Shown: positions 49,625-61,843 of the stretch, in pieces
How the letters are laid out: every line of letters begins with the position of its first letter
Numbering within the stretch: position 1 is the first letter of the stretch
Source of the DNA: Macrostomum lignano
Lineage: Eukaryota
NCBI GenBank assembly: GCA_002269645.1
Contig: NIVC01000977.1
Coordinates: 1-64,000 of the forward strand
Reading direction: 5' to 3'
DNA length: 64,000 nt
Made by a program: the position numbers and the translations under genes
Notes under the pieces: generated by a model
The model's database searches: none
Seen by the model: only the letters and a program-made list of their open reading frames with translations
Told to the model about the DNA's origin: nothing

Positions 49625-51530
49625 CAGGCACTTGTAAAACACTATGCATACTATAGTTATAGTTCAATTTATAATTTCATTAAACAACCTATACTAGAGT
49701 ATATATATACAATAAAACTAATAAGTCTGTATAGAGTCTTGAAGTTCAAAGGCGCAGTTCAATTCTTATCAATTGATGAATATCAGTATCCATGCTGATC
49801 TCTGGCTGACTGTGTTAAGAGTATAGGGTGGCCGTTGGCCATAAAAAGTCGTCTTGATCTGCAGGCGGGACTCGGCGGGGGGATGTCTTCAAAAGTCAAC
49901 TTTAATATAATATTATAGTGTAATAAAATTTGTAACCAATTGTGTTATAAAATATAATTTGCAGACCTTACTTATACTTACTTTCAACCTTGTCATACTT
50001 AGTTATTATCTAAGTCTATTAATACCAATAATAATCTGTAAATTAGTGTAACCAAACTAAATAATTTTTCTGCATTTTGGAGCTCTTTCCGCCCCCGATC
50101 CTTCCGCCCCGATCCTTCCGCCCCGATCCTTCCGCCCCCTGATCCTTCCGGCCCCGATCCTTCCGCCCCCGATCCTTCCGCCCCCTGATCCTTCCGCCCC
50201 GATCCTTCCGCCCCGATCCTTCCGCCCCCTGATCCTTCCGCCCCCGATCCTTCCGCCCCCGATCCTTCCGCCCCCTGATCCTTCCGCCCCCGATCCTTCC
50301 GCCCCCGATCCTTCCGCCCCCTGATCCCTCCCTCCGCCCTTGTTATTTCTTTAGCGCTACTTCTATAGAAGATTGCTGGCGCCCCCTCTAAACTTGAAGC
50401 GTCAAGCGTAACTTTTTAGCAACCATTCCGGAGTGTTGAGCTGTTGAATCCTCCCTCAGAAGTTCTTTTGCCAGAGAGTGCAGAGAGTTTGGTTGGGAAT
50501 TTCTACAAAAGCAATCCATAAGATACAATAGAAAATCTGCCAATTCGAAAATAATAATCGTCACAAACTCGTGTACAACCAAAAAAAGCAATTTGCATCC
50601 CGCAGGCACTTGTAAAACACTTCAACTACAATTTATAATTTCATTAACAACCTATACTAGAGTATATATATACAATAAAACTAATAAGTCTGTATAGAGT
50701 CTTGAAGTTCAAAGGCGCAGTTCAATTCTTATCAATTGATGAATATCAGTATCCATGCTGATCTCTGGCTGACTGTGTTAAGAGTATAGGGTGGCCGTTG
50801 GCCATAAAAAAGTCGTCTTGATCTGCAGGCGGGACTCGGCGGGGGGATGTCTTCAAAAGTCAACTTTAATATATATATTATAGTGTAATAAAATTTGTAA
50901 CCAATTGTGTTATAAAATATAATTTGCAGACCTTACTTATACTTACTTTCAACCTTGTCATACTTAGTTATTATCTAAGTCTATTAATACCAATATAATC
51001 TGTAAATTAGTGTAACAAACTAAATAATTTTTCTGCATTTTGGAGCTCTTTCCGCCCCCGATCCTTCCGCCCCGATCCTTCCGCCCCCGATCCTTCCGCC
51101 CCCTGATCCTTCCGGCCCCGATCCTTCCGCCCCCGATCCTTCCGCCCCTGATCCTTCCGCCCCCGATCCTTCCGCCCCGATCCTTCCGCCCCCTGATCCT
51201 TCCGCCCCCGATCCTTCCGCCCGATCCTTCCGCCCCCTGATCCTTCCGCCCCCGATCCTTCCGCCCCCGATCCTTCCGCCCCCTGATCCCTCCCTCCGCC
51301 CTTGTTATTTCTTTAGCGCTACTTCTATAGAAGATTGCTGGCGCCCCTCTAAACTTGAAGCGTCAAGCGTAACTTTTTAGCAACCATTCCGGAGTGTTGA
51401 GCTGTTGAATCCTCCCTCAGAAGTTCTTTTGCCAGAGAGTGCAGAGAGTTTGGTTGGGGAATTTCTACAAAAGCAATCCATAAGAATACAATAGAAAATC
51501 TGCCAATTCGAAAAATAATAAATCGTCACA
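49625..51530. repeat. ~960-bp direct tandem duplication (possibly an assembly artefact)
   Basis: TTGAAGTTCAAAGGCGCAG at 49739 and 50702; the copies differ mainly by short-run indels. Confidence 0.9.
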
Positions 51531-51659
51531 TAGGACTCGCGGACCTGTCCACCCAACCAAACAAAAGCAATTCTGACATCCCGCAGGCTCAGACTTCCTA
51601 AACTCCCGAAACACTTCAAACACGCAGTTAGGTGAGGTGATTTTCGTCAAATTGAAATG

Positions 51660-51800
51660 CCAACCCACAAGGACCAATGGCGGGCGTTCTATCGCCAGCC
51701 CCCCGCCGATCGCCAGCCAATGAGATTGCTCCGAGAGTTGTGCGGTGAATCTAATCAACACCCCCTCTCACCGGTATTTTATATATATACATACAGTCAT
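51660..51800 (+). promoter_or_regulatory. Putative promoter of zinc-finger gene A
   Basis: CCAAT boxes at 51674 and 51717, GC-rich motifs and a TA-rich tract ~80 bp before the ATG at 51866. Confidence 0.35.
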
Positions 51801-51865
51801 ACATACATCAGTAAGACTTCAGTAAATTCTATTTAGTTATATCAAGCAGAAAGCAAAGCGAAGCA

Positions 51866-54800
51866 ATGCACCATCATCAGATTTACTATTCATATCTGAC
51901 TGCAGCCGCCACCGCAGCCGCCGCCGCAGCCGAAGCTGACACAGAATCCCAATCTTCATCCTATTATTTAAACAGTTTAAATAGCCGACCCGCGCTTCAA
52001 AACTGTTTAAATCGGCAGTTAAACTATCAGCCTGGTGCAGCTGAGCTTCAGGAGTATCACCGACTGCTGAGTGGCAGCGGCGGCAGTTCGTTCTCTGGTA
52101 AGTGCTGCTCGCTTGGTTTAATAACTTTATTTACAACATGATAAAAAGAGAGAGGGGATTAATAATAGATTAATTAATTATGATAAAACCGACTACCGAC
52201 TCTTAATCCGATCAGGCCGAACCGAGCAGCCGCAGTCAGGAGTTCTCAGGAAGCCAACTCCAATTCGTTGGACGCCACTTCATCATCAGCAGCATCTGCA
52301 GCATCAAACTTCGTCGCTGCAGCCTCCGCCATGGCGGTCTTGGCTTCTCGACCGGGCTGCGGGTGCCGAACTCGAGAACGCGCCTCTCCCGCTGCTGCCG
52401 CCGCCGCCACCGCCGCTTCCACCGCCGCCAATGCAGGGTTTCCGACCGGTGAAGCGAGTGCCATCAGCTGGAGCCGAGGCCGACTTCTCCCTCGGCAACG
52501 GCAACGGCACTTCAAAGCGACCCGCCGCTGCAGCCGCCGCCGAAGAGTTCGACGCTCCGTTGGACCTTCGACTGCCCGGACGAATTCTTGCCAGCTCGAT
52601 GGCCGCCGCCGAAGTTCGAGACGAAGTCGACGACGACCGAAGCTCCTGCGACTTCAGCGGCGGCGGCGGCCGCCAGCCGGTTACGTCGTGCCACCAGTGC
52701 CGCCAGACCTTCCTGTGCCTGCGCGACCTGAACGGCCACTTCGAGAAGTCGCATCTGCACTCGCTGATGTCCGAGTTCGACAACACCAAGTCCTGGAAGT
52801 CGTCCGCAGTCGACAACAAGGAGCTCAACGTCGAGGCCACCATGGTGCGGCTGGAGAACGGCGACACGATCGGGTTCAAGTGTCCCGAGTGCGACTACTT
52901 CGCCAAGTGGCCCACGGAGCTGCAGAAGCACATCATGGTGCACTCCAATGCCCGACCTCACGTGTGCGTCGTCTGCGGCTGCACCTACAAGTGGAAGTGG
53001 GACCTCGGCAGGCACTTCGACAAGTCGCACGAGTCCGGCGAGATGCCTAACCCGTACAAGAAGAACACGGTTAAGCCCGCTGTGAGTTTGCCTGCGGCAG
53101 CGGCTGAGGAGCCTGAGATTCCGGGAGGAGCTCAGTTTGCACTGCTCGACAGCTATGAGGTAAGTTTTGTACTTTTCAAATGGGGATTTAGTGAATAATA
53201 TAAGACAGGAGTAAGCAGAGGGGAATGAGAGGGAGTATACTGAGGGAAAAGAGGGGGAGAACACAGATAGGATGTAAGGCCGATTAGCATTACAGGAAAT
53301 GGAGTGGGTGGAAAGTTGCTCGCCACGAGGCGGCCCAATTAGCAGCTAATTAAACAATTAATTGCTCAAAGTAAGTCAGTCAAGGTTTGATAATGAGACC
53401 ATATGTATTGAGCAATAACTTCCTTGGTCCCTGTTTCTAAGCCCATTGTCTGCGATAGAATTAAATTAGCAGCATTCTTTTAAAATTGCGTTTTTTAAAT
53501 TGCGTGTGTGAATGCGGAAAAATATTGACAATACTTTTCTCCTACTAGTAGTAGGCGAGTGAAATCCTAGCCCGAAAATTAAGGAAAAATAATCAAGATA
53601 GAGTCTAGGATGGAATATGGATTAGAATTGGGATATGGGATAAGAGTGTGAGATGGGATATGGGATAAGAGTGTGAGATGGGGATATGGGATCAGAGTTT
53701 AAGAATTAAGATAAGGATATGGGATCAGAATGTGAGATTGGGGATATGGGATCAGAGTGTGAGATTGGGGATATGGGATCAGAGTGTGAGATTGGGGATA
53801 TGGGATCAGAATGTGAGATTGGGGATATGGGATCAGAATGTGAGATTGGGGATATGGGATCAGAGTGTGAGATTGGGGATATGGGATCAGAGTTTGAGAT
53901 AGGGATATGGGATCAGAGTTTGAGATGGAAATTTGAGATCAGAGTGTGAGATGGGATATGGGATCAGAGTGTGAGATTGGGGATATGGGATCAGAATGTG
54001 AGATTGGGGATATGGGATCAGAATGTGAGATTGGGGATATGGGATCAGAGTGTGAGATTGGGGATATGGGATCAGAATGTGAGATTGGGGATATGGGATC
54101 TGAATGTGAGATTGGGGATATGGGATCAGAATGTGAGATTGGGGATATGGGATCAGAGTGTGAGATTGGGGATATGGGATCAAAATGTGAGATTGGGGAT
54201 ATGGGATCAGAATGTGAGATAGGGATATGGGATCAGAATGTGAGATGGGGATGTGGGATCGCAAACTGTGGGATCAGGAACATGGGATCTGAATTTGAGA
54301 TATGATTTAGAAATGCATTTGAAATTCGCCTATCCCACCTCAATCCATCAGTGGCTGCCTCAGCGTCGTGACGGCTTCGAGACTCCTCACCAGCCTCCTC
54401 CTCCGCAGTCTCTCGAGCCTCACCAACCGATTAAGAACAATCAACAGCAGCCGCTGCAAACGCCGAATAACAACGAGTCGACGCCCCAGAGCAGCGCCAC
54501 CAGCTGGCCGTTCACCTGCCCGATCTGCGGCGCCAAGGCCCGGTGGAAGTCGGAGCTGAAGTCGCACCTGGTGAACCACAGCAACTTCAAGCCGTACAGA
54601 TGCGGATTTTGCCCCTACCGCAGCAAGTGGCGCTGGGACGTTGTGAAGCATCTGAAACGCTGTCCGGCTAAGCGAGCTGCCGACATCGAAGTCGACACAG
54701 CTGACGGCTCGAGGAGAGACGACGTGATTTATGACCCTCCGGATCCAGAGCTGTTCAGCAACGAGGCTGAGGTTCTGCTGTACGCCGGAGAACGCGGCAG

Positions 54801-55648
54801 CGGAGGCAGCAGCGGCAGCGGCAGCGGCGGCACTTCAAAGAGCTCGAGGCGCTCCGCTCCTACAGTGTCGGCATCATCGTCAGGCTCGGGTGCTGAGCGG
54901 GTGAGCTGGGATTCGGGAAACTGCTTTTCAGGTTTTTAATCCTGTAGGTTTTGTGAGTTAACTGGAAATATCATCGATACGGTCCCTCTGGTCCCGCAAG
55001 TCATGCTGATCCTCAGATCCAACAAATCCCACTGATCCCATAGATCCCACAAATCCCACTGATCCCACAGCTGATCCCATATTCCCTCTGATCCCACAAG
55101 TCCCTCTGATCCCATATTCCCTCTGATCCCACAAGTCCCTCTGATCCCACAAGTCCTGATCCCACAAGTCCTGATCCCACAAGTCCTTCTGATCCCACAA
55201 GTCCCGCTGATCCCACAAGTCCCTCTGATCCCACTGATCCCATAAATCCCTCTATCTCACAAGTCCCGCTGATCCCACAAGTCCCTCTGATCCCACAAGT
55301 CCCTCTGATCCCACAAGTCCCGCTGATCCCACAAGTCCCTCTGATCCCGCTGATCCCACAAGTCCCTATGATCCCACAAGTCCCGCTGATCCATCTGATC
55401 CCACAAATCACTACGGTTAAAAATCCGATCAACTCTAACAATCCTATTGATCACTTAAAAAGATATCAATAAAAATCCTCACTTTACTCCCCAATCCACA
55501 GCGCATCCTCAACGGTTCCGGCGCTGGAAGCTCCGGCAGTGAGTCGACTCAGTCCCGAGTCGGTCGCCCGTCGCTGGCCCAGGCCTCACCTACCCAGTTG
55601 CCGTCAGGGACATCAAAGGCAGCCGCCGCCACCGCCGCCGTGGAGTGA
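51866..55648 (+). CDS. C2H2 zinc-finger transcription factor, paralog A (5 fingers); exons 51866-52097, 52216-53081 (or -53159), 54352-54900, 55502-55648
   Basis: Phase-consistent GT-AG model. Fingers CHQC..H..SH, CPEC..H..VH, CVVC..H..SH, CPIC..H..NH and CGFC..HLKRC; PLDLR CtBP-type motif; poly-Ala/Pro tracts. Confidence 0.85.
53620..54290. repeat. 27-bp minisatellite GGGATATGGGATCAGAATGTGAGATTG in zinc-finger gene A intron 2
   Basis: Tandem units with degenerate edges. Confidence 0.94.
55000..55410. repeat. ~18-bp minisatellite GATCCCACAAGTCCCTCT in zinc-finger gene A intron 3
   Basis: Imperfect tandem units. Confidence 0.88.
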
Positions 55649-56214
55649 CTTATTTGATACTATTATACCTGCATAGTATAATAATCATACCTGCTGCTGA
55701 CATGCTTGAATTTTCTTGTAAATGGGTAATTAATAAATAACTCATCGCTTATTTTCAGTTATTCCCTTATCCCCGGCTTTATTTTGTTGTAGCTCGTATT
55801 TTACTGATTTTATCATTTTTCTCTTCTCTGCGTTTCATTTTTAGACGCGCACGTGCTTACTTTTCTACTTTTCTTTTCAATCAGTAGTATGATTAGATTT
55901 TTTATATTTGCTTAAAAAAAAACAAAAAAATTGCTGGCTACCTATAGGTCGTTAGGGCGTTTCGTATTATTATTTTTTAGAGTTTTGTGATTTCTGTTTT
56001 AATCAGTTTCGTCAGATATGTGTCGAACTTAGGAAATTTTTTCGCAACAAAATCCTGCGCTATCGCTTTCTAATAACTCGTATTTAATTCTGTCATATAT
56101 TCGTGCGTAGAATTTGCTTTTTTCGTAGAATAATTTTGCTTGTATATCGTTTCCTGTTTGTTTAAATATAAAAAAGTTAAAAAACCTAAACTTTTGTCTA
56201 CACCAAGTTTTTCA

Positions 56215-56575
56215 TTTTACCCTGTCTTATCAAACCTGCCCTATCTAACCTGTCTTTCCAAGCCTGTCCTATCAAACCTGTCTTCTCAAACCTGTCTGCT
56301 CAAACCTGTCTTCTCAAGCCTGTGCTCAAACCTGTCTTCTCAATCCTGTCTTCACAAACCTGTCTTCTCAAGCCTGTGCTCAAACCTGTCTTCTCAAACC
56401 TGTCTTCTCAAGCCTGTCTTCTCAAGCCTGTCTTCACAAACCTGTCTTGTCAAGCCTGTCTTCACAAACCTGTCTTGTCAAGCCTGTCTTCTCAAGCCTG
56501 TCTGCTCAAGCCTGTCTGCTCAAGCCTGTCTGCTCAAACCTGTCTTCTCAAGCCTGTCTTCTCAAACCTTACCTA
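56215..56575. repeat. ~14-bp minisatellite CAAGCCTGTCTTCT, intergenic
   Basis: Tandem imperfect units. Confidence 0.9.
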
Positions 56576-57049
56576 TTAAAGCCTGTATGTAATTAACAAA
56601 TTTAAATTTGAGATCAACACAAGTTTCTAGACATTTCTAGATTATATTTAATTACGTAATAAAGACTGAGACAACACCGAGAAAACCACAATTTTAACTT
56701 TGGTTGCTGCAGCAGCAGCAGTTGAAAAAAACTAAGAGCCTAATACAAATTCTAATGTCGGGGTGTGTGTACACTATAGCAAATTAAAACGGCATATTTG
56801 CAAGCGTAAACTTCATTAAGGTAAGGTACAATTATTATGGTTGGAATTTGATGCAATATATCATAACAGGCCTTTGGATTAGTGAGTAAATGAATGAATC
56901 AGTTAAGCTATCAAATATTTAAAAATCAGTCAGAACAATGTTTAGGAAATATGCATTTTATAGATTTCAAACACACTGTGCTGCGAAGTAAATATGACGG
57001 ATCACGGCTCTTATAGAGTTCGCAGTGAGGTTTAGGATTTAGGATTGGG

Positions 57050-57680
57050 ATTCAGAAACTGGGATCTAGGATTGGGATTAAAAACTGGGATCTAGGATTG
57101 GGATTAAAAAACTGGGATCTAGGATTGAGATTCAAAACTGGGATATAGGATTGGGATTCAAAAAGTGGGATATAGGATGGGGATTAAAAACTGGGATCTA
57201 GGGTTGGGATTAAAAAACTGGGATCTTGGATTGGGATCTTGGATTGGGATCTTGGATCGGGATCTTGGATTGGGATCTGGGATTGGGATCTGGGATCGGG
57301 ACCTGGGATTGGGATATAGGATTAGGATCTAAGGATTGGGATCTATGATTGGGACCTAGGATTGGGATCTAGGGTTGGGATTAAAAAACTGGGATCTTGG
57401 ATTGGGATCTTGGATTGGGATCTGGGATTGGGACCTGGGATTGGGATCTAGGATTGGGACCTGGGATTGGGATCTAGGATTGGGATCTGGGATTGGGACC
57501 TGGGATTGGGATATAGGATTGGGATCTAGGATTGGGATCTGGGATTGGGATTTGGGATTGGGACCTTGGATTGGGATCTAGGATTGGGATCTGGGATTGA
57601 GATCTGGGATTGAGATCTAGGATTGGGATCTAGGATTGGGATCTAGGATTGGTATTCAGAGAATGGGATCTAGGATTGGG
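57050..57680. repeat. ~13-bp G-rich minisatellite GGGATCTAGGATT / GGGATCTGGGATT, intergenic
   Basis: Tandem imperfect units. Confidence 0.9.
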
Positions 57681-57811
57681 ATTTAACGGGAGGAGAGTAG
57701 ATCAATGAATAGAAGCAGTTGATCAGACAAATCAGAATTTACAAGAATCACATATAAGACTCAGTGATCAGTGATACAAATTCAGTTTTGGAGTTTTTCT
57801 CGGATTCGAAC

Positions 57812-60577
57812 TCAGGCCACGCCTTCGTTCAGCTTGCAGGCCGCCTGTGGCTCGCCGCGGTGCGCCAGCTGGACGTGGCTGGCGAGGTCGGCGCCGGTCT
57901 TGGCGATGTGGCCGCACTGGCTGCACGGCAGCAGGCGGAGCTTTGTGGCGGCGACACCCGCAGTTGGCAGAGCGGAGACGGCAGCTGTTGGAGACTGGCG
58001 GTACTGCAACAGTTGGGGGGTGTTCTCTGTGCGAGTTGGGATTTGGGATCTGGGGATTTGGGATCTGGGGATTTGGGATCTGGGGATTTGGGATCTGGGG
58101 ATTTGGGATCTGGGGATTTGGGATCTGGGGATTTGGGATCTGGGGATTTGGGATCTGGGGATTTGGGATCTGGGGATTTGGGATCTGGGGATTTGGGATC
58201 TGGGGATTTGGGATCTGGGGATTTGGGATCTGGGGATTTGGGATCTGGGGATTTGGGATCTGGGGATTTGGGATCTGGGGATTTGGGATCTGGGGATTTG
58301 GGATCTGGGGATTTGGGATCTGGGGATTTGGGATCTGGGGATTTGGGATCTGGGGATTTGGGATCTGGGGATTTGGGATCTGGGGATTTGGGATCTGGGG
58401 ATTTGGGATCTGGGGATTTGGGATCTGGGATTTGGGATCTGGGGATTTGGGATCTGGGGATTTGGGATCTGGGGATTTGGGATCTGGGGATTTGGGATCT
58501 GGGGATTTGGGATCTGGGGATTTGGGATCTGGGGATTTGGGATCTGGGGATTTGGGATCTGGGGATTTGGGATCTGGGGATTTGGGATCTGGGGATTTGG
58601 GATCTGGGGATTTGGGATCTGGGGATTTGGGATCTGGGGATTTGGGATCTTGGGATTTGAGATCTGGGGATTTGGGATCTGGGGATTTGGGATCTGGGGA
58701 TTTGGGATCTGGGGATTTGGGATCTGGGGATTTGGGATCTGGGGATTTGGGATCTGGGGATTTGGGATCTGGGGATTTGGGATCTGGGGATTTGGGATCA
58801 GGGGATTTGGGATCTGGGGATTTGGGATCTGGGGATTTGGGATCTGGGGATTTGGGATCTGGGGATTTGGGATCTGGGGATTTGAGATCTGGGAGCTGGG
58901 ATCTTGGGAGTTCGGATCTGGGGATTTGGGATTTAAGGCAATTGGGATCTGAGGAGTTGGAATCTGGAGATTAGAAATCTAAAGGAATTTGGGATCTAAG
59001 AGATTTCTGATCTAAGGGTTTTTGAGATTTGGGGGGTTGGGATATTGGGAGTTGGGATTTGGAGAGTTGGGATCTGGTAAGTTGGGATTTTGAAGATTTG
59101 GGATTTGGGATTTGGGATTTGGGATTTGGGATTTGGGATTTGGGATTTGGAATTTGTGATTTGGGATTTGGGATTTGGAGAGTTGGGATCTGGTAAGTTG
59201 GGATTTTGAAGATTTGGGATTTGGGATTTGGGATTTGGGATTTGGGATTTGGGATTTGGGATTTGGGATTTGGGATTTGGGATTTGGGATTTGGAATTTG
59301 GGATTTGGGGATTCGGGATCTGGGATTTTGAATCTGGAGATTTTGGGATCTGGGAATTTGGGATCTAAGGAATTAGGGATCTAAGGGAGTTGGGATCCGA
59401 GACCAGGAATTCACACTTACATCTTCCAAGTCGTCGGGTTCTTCGCTTGAGCATCTTTGGCGATGCTGCTGACTGTGCGGCTGCTGCCTCACCGGCACGG
59501 TGTCATCCGCATACAGGATGGCCTCAGCCTCGTTACTGTAGAGCTCGGGGTCTGGCGGATCGTACAGCACAAACGCTTGGATCTCCTTGTTACTGCCGCA
59601 GCCGGCGCCGCAGTCCATGTCGGTGCTGTCGCAGCCGGCGCAGCCCAGCGCGGCCCTCTTGCCGGTGCAGCGCTTCAGATGCTTCACAACGTCCCATTTC
59701 CACTTGCTGCGGTAGCTGCAGAACTTGCAGCGAAACGGCTTGAAGTTGCTGTGGTTGATGAGGTGCGACTTCAGCTCCGACTTCCAGCGGGCCTTGGCGC
59801 CGCAGATCGGGCACTCGTAGGGCAGCGAGTCGGAGCCGTCGTCCTTCGAACCGGCGCCTGTCGAGGCGGTTGTTGAATTGACTCGACGACTGCCACCAGA
59901 CTTGGCCATCTCCTGGTGCCGCTGGTTGGTCGGGGTGGGAGGCGAGGTTGACATCGTCGGAGCTCGGGAAATCGACGGAGGCGGCGGCGGCGGCGGTGGA
60001 GGCGGCGGCGGTAGCGGCAGCGGTAGCGGCGGTGGAGGAAACGACCCTCCCAGCGATGTCGGACGAGTACAGGCCGGTGGCGGCGGCGGTGGCGGAGGCG
60101 GCGGTCGGGCAGAGCCGGGCGCATTCGCATCAGGAGTTCATCGGGCCGCTGCTGTTGCATCCCGGATCCGCCGGAGGCGGCTGCAGCGGCAGCAGCGGCA
60201 GCGGCGGCGCCGAACAGCGGGTGCTGCCTGGCGAAGACCAGCTGCTGGGCCATCTGGCTGAAGCAGCTGCTGCTGTAGAAGGCCATCAGCTCGCGGCCGG
60301 CCGCGGCGGCAGCGGCGGCGGCGGCAGCAGCGGCGGCGGCAGCGGCAGAAGTGGCGGCAGTCGACGAGGTTGAAGAAGAAGTCGACGTGGAAGGCCCGAC
60401 TGACCGCTTGAGAGACTGCGGAGGAGGAGGCGGCAGCGATGGGAGCGGCGGCAGAGACATCGGCGGCGGCGGCGGCGGCGGCGGCGGTGGAGGAGGCTGC
60501 GACATTAACGACTTGGCCACGAATTGCGGAGGAAACAGCAGGTCGGTGTGGCGACGCAACGACTCAAAGGAAGAAAA

Positions 60578-60620
<43 letters not shown>

Positions 60621-61790
60621 GGCGGCTGCAGCGGCTGAGGTGGCTGCACCGAGGCACAGCCGCCACCCGCGGGCTTAACCGTGTTCTTCTTGTACGGGTT
60701 GGGCATCTCGCCGGACTCGTGCGACTTGTCGAAGTGCCTGCCGAGGTCCCACTTCCACTTGTAGGTGCAGCCGCAGACGACGCACACGTGAGGCCGGGCA
60801 TTGGAGTGCACCATGATGTGCTTCTGCAGCTCTGTGGGCCACTTGGCGAAGTAGTCACACTCGGGACACTTGAACCCGATCGTGTCGCCGTTCTCCAGCC
60901 GCACCATGGTGGCCTCGACGTTGAGCTCCTTGTTGTCGACTGCGGACGACTTCCAGGACTTGGTGTTGTCGAACTCGGACATCAGCGAGTGCAGATGCGA
61001 CTTCTCGAAGTGGCCGTTCAGGTCGCGCAGGCACAGGAAGGTCTGGCGGCACTGGTGGCACGACGTCACCGGCTGGCGGCCGCCGCCGCCGCTGCGATGT
61101 CTCTGCCGCCGGCGCTTTTGCAGCCGCTTGAGTCGCGAAAATCGTCCGAATCGGCGTCTTCGCCGTCGACGACGGCTGGGGCGACGGCGGCGCCTGAGGC
61201 TGCTGGACTCTGCGAGACAGCCTCCTCCAGCGACTGTGGCGACTGCAGCGGCGGTGGCGGCGGCTGCCGACCCTGGCCAGCTCCGCGCATGATGGCGGCG
61301 AGCGTCTCCGGGCTCATCAGCTCGCCGCGTCTCGCCTTGATGCCACCGTCTTCGCCGTCGTCTGCGTCCTCGCCGTCCTCGGCTGCTGACAGGTCCAGCG
61401 GAGCTGCGGCGACATCTTCCTGACTGTGCCCGACGCTGAGATCCAGCGGAGCCTCCGGCGACTGCCGCAGCGGATTCTGCCGGGGAAAGTCTGGAAGACT
61501 CGGTGGCTGCGGCTGTGGCGGCGGAAGGCCCCAGAAGGGCAGCATGAGCGGCGGCTTGGGTGGCGGCCCAAACTCGGACGTTCTCGGCCGCTTGGCCGCC
61601 TCCTCGTTCTCGACTGCGTCGTCCTCGGCCGAGTTTCTCTGCGGCCTGGCCAGCTTTCGTCTGGAGCTGGCCGACAACTGCTGATGCTGGCTGCTGTTGT
61701 CGTCATGGCAACCGGCTAGGATCTCGGACTCCGATAGCATTGGCGGCGATTCTGACATTTTCTGCGCGGCTTCTGGTCTGCTGACTTGAG
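57812..61790 (-). CDS. C2H2 zinc-finger transcription factor, paralog B (6 fingers); large exon ~61790-59421 with two apparent 1-nt frameshifts, last exon 58024-57812; first ATG at 61758 unless an upstream coding exon exists
   Basis: Acceptor TTTTCACCTCACAG at 61791; donor GAT|GTAAGT at 59421. The same five fingers as paralog A plus [22 protein letters not shown]; two PLDLS motifs. The coding sequence is split over three frames (ORFs ending 61066, 59771 and 59373), so it may be a pseudogene or contain sequence errors. Confidence 0.75.
58037..59395. repeat. 15-bp (GGGGATTTGGGATCT)n array grading into (GGGATTT)n, filling the last intron of zinc-finger gene B
   Basis: Homogeneous 58037-58890, then degenerate. 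Confidence 0.95.
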
Positions 61791-61843
61791 CTGTGAGGTG
61801 AAAATAATTCGCCATGCTGCTTTCACCACGGAGTCTTTTAGAT

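Noticed and set aside
59954-61100. Programmed ribosomal frameshifting in zinc-finger gene B or PDIA3
   Set aside because: No X XXY YYZ heptamer at the breaks. Three 1-nt deletions plus indel-rich duplicated sequence point more simply to consensus errors or recent mutation.
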